Shown: positions 60,227-64,000 of the stretch, one piece after another | Layout of the letters: each line of letters begins with the position of its first letter | Numbering within the stretch: position 1 is the first letter of the stretch | Origin: Opitutales bacterium | GTDB lineage: Bacteria > Verrucomicrobiota > Verrucomicrobiia > Opitutales > JABSRG01 | NCBI GenBank assembly: GCA_049599475.1 | Contig: JBMYOQ010000001.1 | Location: 1 to 64,000, forward strand | Direction of reading: 5' to 3' | DNA: 64,000 nt | The notes under the pieces: model-generated | Database searches by the model: none | Told to the model about the DNA's origin: nothing | The model's input: the letters and a program-made list of their open reading frames with translations, nothing else | Translations under genes and position numbers: made by a program

Positions 60227-63064
60227 TCAGGCAAACTTTGTTTGGAGTGCTTCGGCACATCGAGGAGATACATCGCCCCATGCGCCTGCGCTGGTAAGTT
60301 CAGGAACCCAGCGCCAACTTCGTGGGCAGCGCACCCAGCCAGAATCGGCAGCAGGTGCCGCGGTAACTTGGATAGATGCTTCTGATTCCGAAGTCGCAGT
60401 GACCGAGACGCCTGAAACGTTCAAGAGTTCCGTAAGCTGCTCGTTGTCGGTGGATTGTAAAAGTGAACTCAATGCGTGCGTTTCTGAAATGTTGATATCT
60501 ACGCGGGCGTCAAGTGATTGACCGATCTTTTTTTCCTGGCGCAGACTTTCCAAGACCTCATTAACATGATCGGTTTTGAATTTTAGCAAGTTGCTGACCG
60601 ATTCTGATGCTTCTGGATGTTTAAAGAAGTCGGTCACCTGCGGCCAATCGTCGCTGCTGAGCGGTGTGTCTCCCAGTTCACTGCTTGCGGTGAAGTAGCT
60701 CCACGCCTCGTCCGTTGTGAAAGGAAGCATGGGGGAGAGCAGGGCGGTGAGGCTCTTAAAGATGTGGTAAAGCGCTGTCTGCGAGGAGCGACGCTCGGGT
60801 GCATCAGGAGCCCAGGTGTAGAGACGATCCTTGAGGATGTCGTGATAGGTCGCCGAAAGCGTGATCGATACGAAATTCGCGATGAGCTGATAAGCGCGGT
60901 GGAACTCGTAGGCGTCGTAGTAGGCCTGAACCTGCTCTATGAGTTCCCCCATCTGATGGAGCGCCCATTTGTCCAGATCAGTCAGCGCATCCACCGACAC
61001 GCTGTTTTGCTCCGCATCGAAATCGTAAAGATTTCCATGGAGGAAACGGAAGGTGTTGCGCAGAGTGCGGTAGGTGTTGCCAACATTTTTGATCAGCTTT
61101 TCGGAAACAGGGATGTCCCCGCGGAAATCTTGTGAGCAGATCCAAAGGCGCACCACATCGGCTCCAAACTGCTTGATGTAGCTGTCGGAGGTCTGTGGTT
61201 TGGATTTGGTGCCGTCGGACTTCGAAATCTTGGTGCCGTCTTCCTTTACGATGTAGCCGTGGGTGACGAGCTCCTTGTAAGGGGCATTCCCGTGCGTGAA
61301 GCTACCGATCCAAAGAGAGCTCTGGAACCAGCCGCGGTGTTGGTCGCTACCTTCCAGGTAAAGGTCGGCTGGGCGTGCGAGGTCTGGGTGTTTCGCAAGG
61401 ACTGCGTTTTGCGAGGACGCGGAATCGATCCATACGTCGAGTGTGTCGCGCCCAAGGGTGAGTGCGCTCGCTTGTGGCCAATCTGCCGGAAGCTCGACGC
61501 CTTCGAGGATTTGCTCAGCGCTCCACTCGAACCAGATGTTCGAGCCGTGTTGGCGGACTTTTTCAGCGACACCATGCACGACGGAGGCTTCCATGTAAGC
61601 CTGGCCGTTTGCATCGTAAAATGCGGGGATTGGCACACCCCAGGAGCGTTGGCGTGAGATGCACCAGTCTGGACGAGTTTCCACAGCACCAGTGATGCGG
61701 TTCCGTCCCCAATCGGGGATAAAGCTTACGGCCTCGAGAGCCTTGAGCGCTTCGTCGCGGCTACCATCCTTATCCAGAGCGATGAACCACTGATCCATCG
61801 CGCGGAAGATCACGGGAGTCTTCGAGCGCCAGCAGTGCGGGTAAGAGTGTGTGTAGGGCTTGAGCGAAAGCAGTGAGCCATTGCCTTCGATGATCTGGAG
61901 GACTCCCTTGTTTGCCGCCGCGCGGCCCTTGATCTCAAGAGTCGACAGTCCGACCAACTCTGCCGGGATCTGACCATCGTCGATGTAGCAGGCGTTGTCG
62001 TCGAGAGGACAATAAATTTCGAGGCCGTATTTGAGGCCTGTCTGGTAGTCATCGAGACCGTGCCCAGGCGCGGTGTGCACGAGGCCCGTTCCGCTGTCGA
62101 TTGTTACGTAGTCTGCCAGGACGACAGGGCTCGAGCGATCGATGAAAGGATGCTTGTATGTGAGCTTATCGAATTCGGATCCCTTGTAGACGTTTTCGCC
62201 GATTACCGCGCCTTCCATCTCGCAGGTCTCGGCGACCGATTCGGCGAGCTCCTTTGCCAGGATGAATTTTTCACCACCGTGGGATACGATGACATACTCG
62301 ATCTCGGGGCCAGCAGCTACCGCCAAGTTGGCGGGAAGGGTCCATGGAGTCGTGGTCCAAATGACTACGTTGAGAGGGCCTGATTCACCGATGGCTTCCG
62401 GGTTCTCAACTGCAAACTTCACGTAGATCGACGGGCTCTTCTTTTCCTTATACTCGATCTCCGCTTCGGCCAGAGCCGTCTTGCAGGGGATAGACCAGTA
62501 GACGGGCTTTTTCGAGCGGTAGAGGAGGTCTTTTTCGACAACCTTTGCGAGCCCGATCAATTCTTCGGCTTCGTAATCGGGGTCGATCGTGCGGTATTCT
62601 TCCTTCCAATCAGCGAGGATGCCGAGACGTTGGAACTGGCCGCGCTGGATCTCGATAAAATTGTTCGCAAATGCCTCACACTCCTTGCGGATCTGGAGGG
62701 CTTCGAGGTCCTTTCCTGCATCCTTGAGCTGAGTCATTACCTTGTGCTCGATCGGTAGACCGTGGGAATCCCAGCCTGGAATGTAGGGGCAGACGTAGCC
62801 GCGCATGCGTTTGTAGCGCAGAATCGTATCCTTGAGAGTCTTGTTCAAGGCAGTGCCGATGTGCACATCGCCATTGGTGAATGGAGGTCCGTCATGCAGG
62901 ACGAAAAGCTCACCTCCGTCGGCTTTGTTCTTTTCCGTAATTCGTTGATAGACACCGGTTTGGGCCCAATGCTCAATGCGTTTGGGCTCGCGCTCAACAA
63001 GGTTGCCGCGCATGGGAAAGTCGGTTTGCGGCAGGTTGAGGGTATCTTTCAATTTATCACTCAT
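60227..63064 (-). CDS. ileS: Isoleucine--tRNA ligase
   Basis: LHDGPPF, HIGT (HIGH), WTTTPWTLP, WCISRQR, EGSDQHRGWFQSS, KISKS. Confidence 0.98.
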   Translation of the reverse strand: MSDKLKDTLNLPQTDFPMRGNLVEREPKRIEHWAQTGVYQRITEKNKADGGELFVLHDGPPFTNGDVHIGTALNKTLKDTILRYKRMRGYVCPYIPGWDSHGLPIEHKVMTQLKDAGKDLEALQIRKECEAFANNFIEIQRGQFQRLGILADWKEEYRTIDPDYEAEELIGLAKVVEKDLLYRSKKPVYWSIPCKTALAEAEIEYKEKKSPSIYVKFAVENPEAIGESGPLNVVIWTTTPWTLPANLAVAAGPEIEYVIVSHGGEKFILAKELAESVAETCEMEGAVIGENVYKGSEFDKLTYKHPFIDRSSPVVLADYVTIDSGTGLVHTAPGHGLDDYQTGLKYGLEIYCPLDDNACYIDDGQIPAELVGLSTLEIKGRAAANKGVLQIIEGNGSLLSLKPYTHSYPHCWRSKTPVIFRAMDQWFIALDKDGSRDEALKALEAVSFIPDWGRNRITGAVETRPDWCISRQRSWGVPIPAFYDANGQAYMEASVVHGVAEKVRQHGSNIWFEWSAEQILEGVELPADWPQASALTLGRDTLDVWIDSASSQNAVLAKHPDLARPADLYLEGSDQHRGWFQSSLWIGSFTHGNAPYKELVTHGYIVKEDGTKISKSDGTKSKPQTSDSYIKQFGADVVRLWICSQDFRGDIPVSEKLIKNVGNTYRTLRNTFRFLHGNLYDFDAEQNSVSVDALTDLDKWALHQMGELIEQVQAYYDAYEFHRAYQLIANFVSITLSATYHDILKDRLYTWAPDAPERRSSQTALYHIFKSLTALLSPMLPFTTDEAWSYFTASSELGDTPLSSDDWPQVTDFFKHPEASESVSNLLKFKTDHVNEVLESLRQEKKIGQSLDARVDINISETHALSSLLQSTDNEQLTELLNVSGVSVTATSESEASIQVTAAPAADSGWVRCPRSWRWVPELTSAGAWGDVSPRCAEALQTKFA

Positions 63065-63268
63065 AAGTTGCGTCTAAGAAATTCATCTTGGGACGAAGCG
63101 CGACAGCATGCTTCAGCGAAACGGTGAGTCAAGACACTCCGACCCTCAGTGGGGCTTTATTCTAAACCGAGTGGATTCTAGTCGGTTAACACGTCGTTCA
63201 GGTGCCTTGTGGCGCCTCGGATCGTTCAGCGAGGACGCCGGAATGTCGCTAACTTGAGGATGATGTCA

Positions 63269-63359
63269 GGGGTAGCAGCCGATTTCCGAGCGGCTGTATG
63301 CTGCGTAACAGATGTGCGAAATTGCTGTCTTCCACCGCTTGGAGATCGGTGGCTACCCC
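63269..63359. repeat. REPIN-like inverted REP doublet
   Basis: GGGGTAG-CAGCCGATTTCCGAGCGGCTG ... CCACCGCTTGGAGATCGGTGG-CTACCCC; each copy is a GTAG-preceded hairpin. Confidence 0.7.
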
Positions 63360-63475
63360 AATTTCCCTCAGAAGGTAGCAATATCCGAGGGCGCTTTGCC
63401 CTGCTTCAGATTCATGAAGAATTCTAACCGAAAAGGCTTTTTATCGGGAGAAACCTTTGTCAGGTTGCGAGGCCG

Positions 63476-64000
63476 ATGACTTTGCTCGCTTTCATCTCTA
63501 TTCCCTACGCATCTTTTGCTGTCTGGCTCCTGCTCATCCTGATGGTCGTGGGAATCGCTCTGCTGTATTTTGGAGGCGACTATCTTACTCAGGGTGCCTC
63601 GGGCTTAGCGCTTGGACTGAAAATCAATCCGATCGTCGTAGGTCTTACTGTGGTATCGATCGCGACCTCCGCTCCAGAATTGCTCACGGCCTTATTCGCC
63701 GTGATGGCGGGTCAGGATGATCTGGCGATGGGTAACATCGTGGGCAGTAATTTGGCTAACATCGGCCTGATTTTCGGAATCGGGGCAATGGTGTTCCCCA
63801 TTGGGATTCAAAGGCGTCTCATCAAGGTCGAGAATCCCATTTTGATGGCCGTTACCCTTACCTTTTTCTTCTTTTGTTTTGAAGGCGAAATCAATCGTAC
63901 TGAGGGCATTATCCTGCTGCTGATCATGGCAGTTGCGATTACCCTGTTGGTGAAGTTTGCCAAAAGTGGGACTGCTCCTGAGGGCGAGGAGATTGAAAGT
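63476..64000 (+). CDS. Calcium/sodium antiporter (YrbG-like), truncated by the window end
   Basis: Open frame from ATG 63476 (not in the ORF track): GLTVVSIATSAPEL, AMGNIVGSNLANI alpha-repeat motifs. Confidence 0.9.
   Translation, partial: MTLLAFISIPYASFAVWLLLILMVVGIALLYFGGDYLTQGASGLALGLKINPIVVGLTVVSIATSAPELLTALFAVMAGQDDLAMGNIVGSNLANIGLIFGIGAMVFPIGIQRRLIKVENPILMAVTLTFFFFCFEGEINRTEGIILLLIMAVAITLLVKFAKSGTAPEGEEIES

Noticed and set aside
63182..63431. T-box, yybP-ykoY riboswitch or SRP RNA upstream of ileS / the antiporter
   Set aside because: No T-box, yybP or full SRP consensus; the core is an inverted REP doublet.

Overview
A bacterial chromosomal window. Gene content and protein style suggest Verrucomicrobiota, Opitutales-like (inference only). 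It opens with the terminal repeat of an IS21-family element. Housekeeping genes follow (lysS, coaE, rho, ffh, rluD, rodZ, ribE, menH, cca, pyrE, lspA, dksA-like, ileS), along with a type IV pilus/T2SS ATPase-platform cluster, a separate minor-pilin cluster, a RelE/Phd toxin-antitoxin pair, two large secreted orphans, GTAG/GGAG-type REP elements, and a GntR-linked sulfated-glycan catabolic locus with an unusual CoA-transferase/crotonase pair and a GH92 split by one amber codon. The most striking region is 18.0-26.0 kb: six tandem minimal (267-270 aa) flagellins separated by long non-coding spacers. The spacers carry sigma28-like promoters, an rRNA-type boxA motif (GTTCTTTGACA) at conserved spacing, covarying structured leaders, CsrA-type ANGGA hairpins, a ~700-nt highly structured RNA-like segment and a near-invariant 44-nt element 3' of two flagellins. 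Together these suggest a possibly undescribed RNA-based (antitermination plus CsrA) flagellin control system. All functional calls come from motif recognition by eye; no searches were run.
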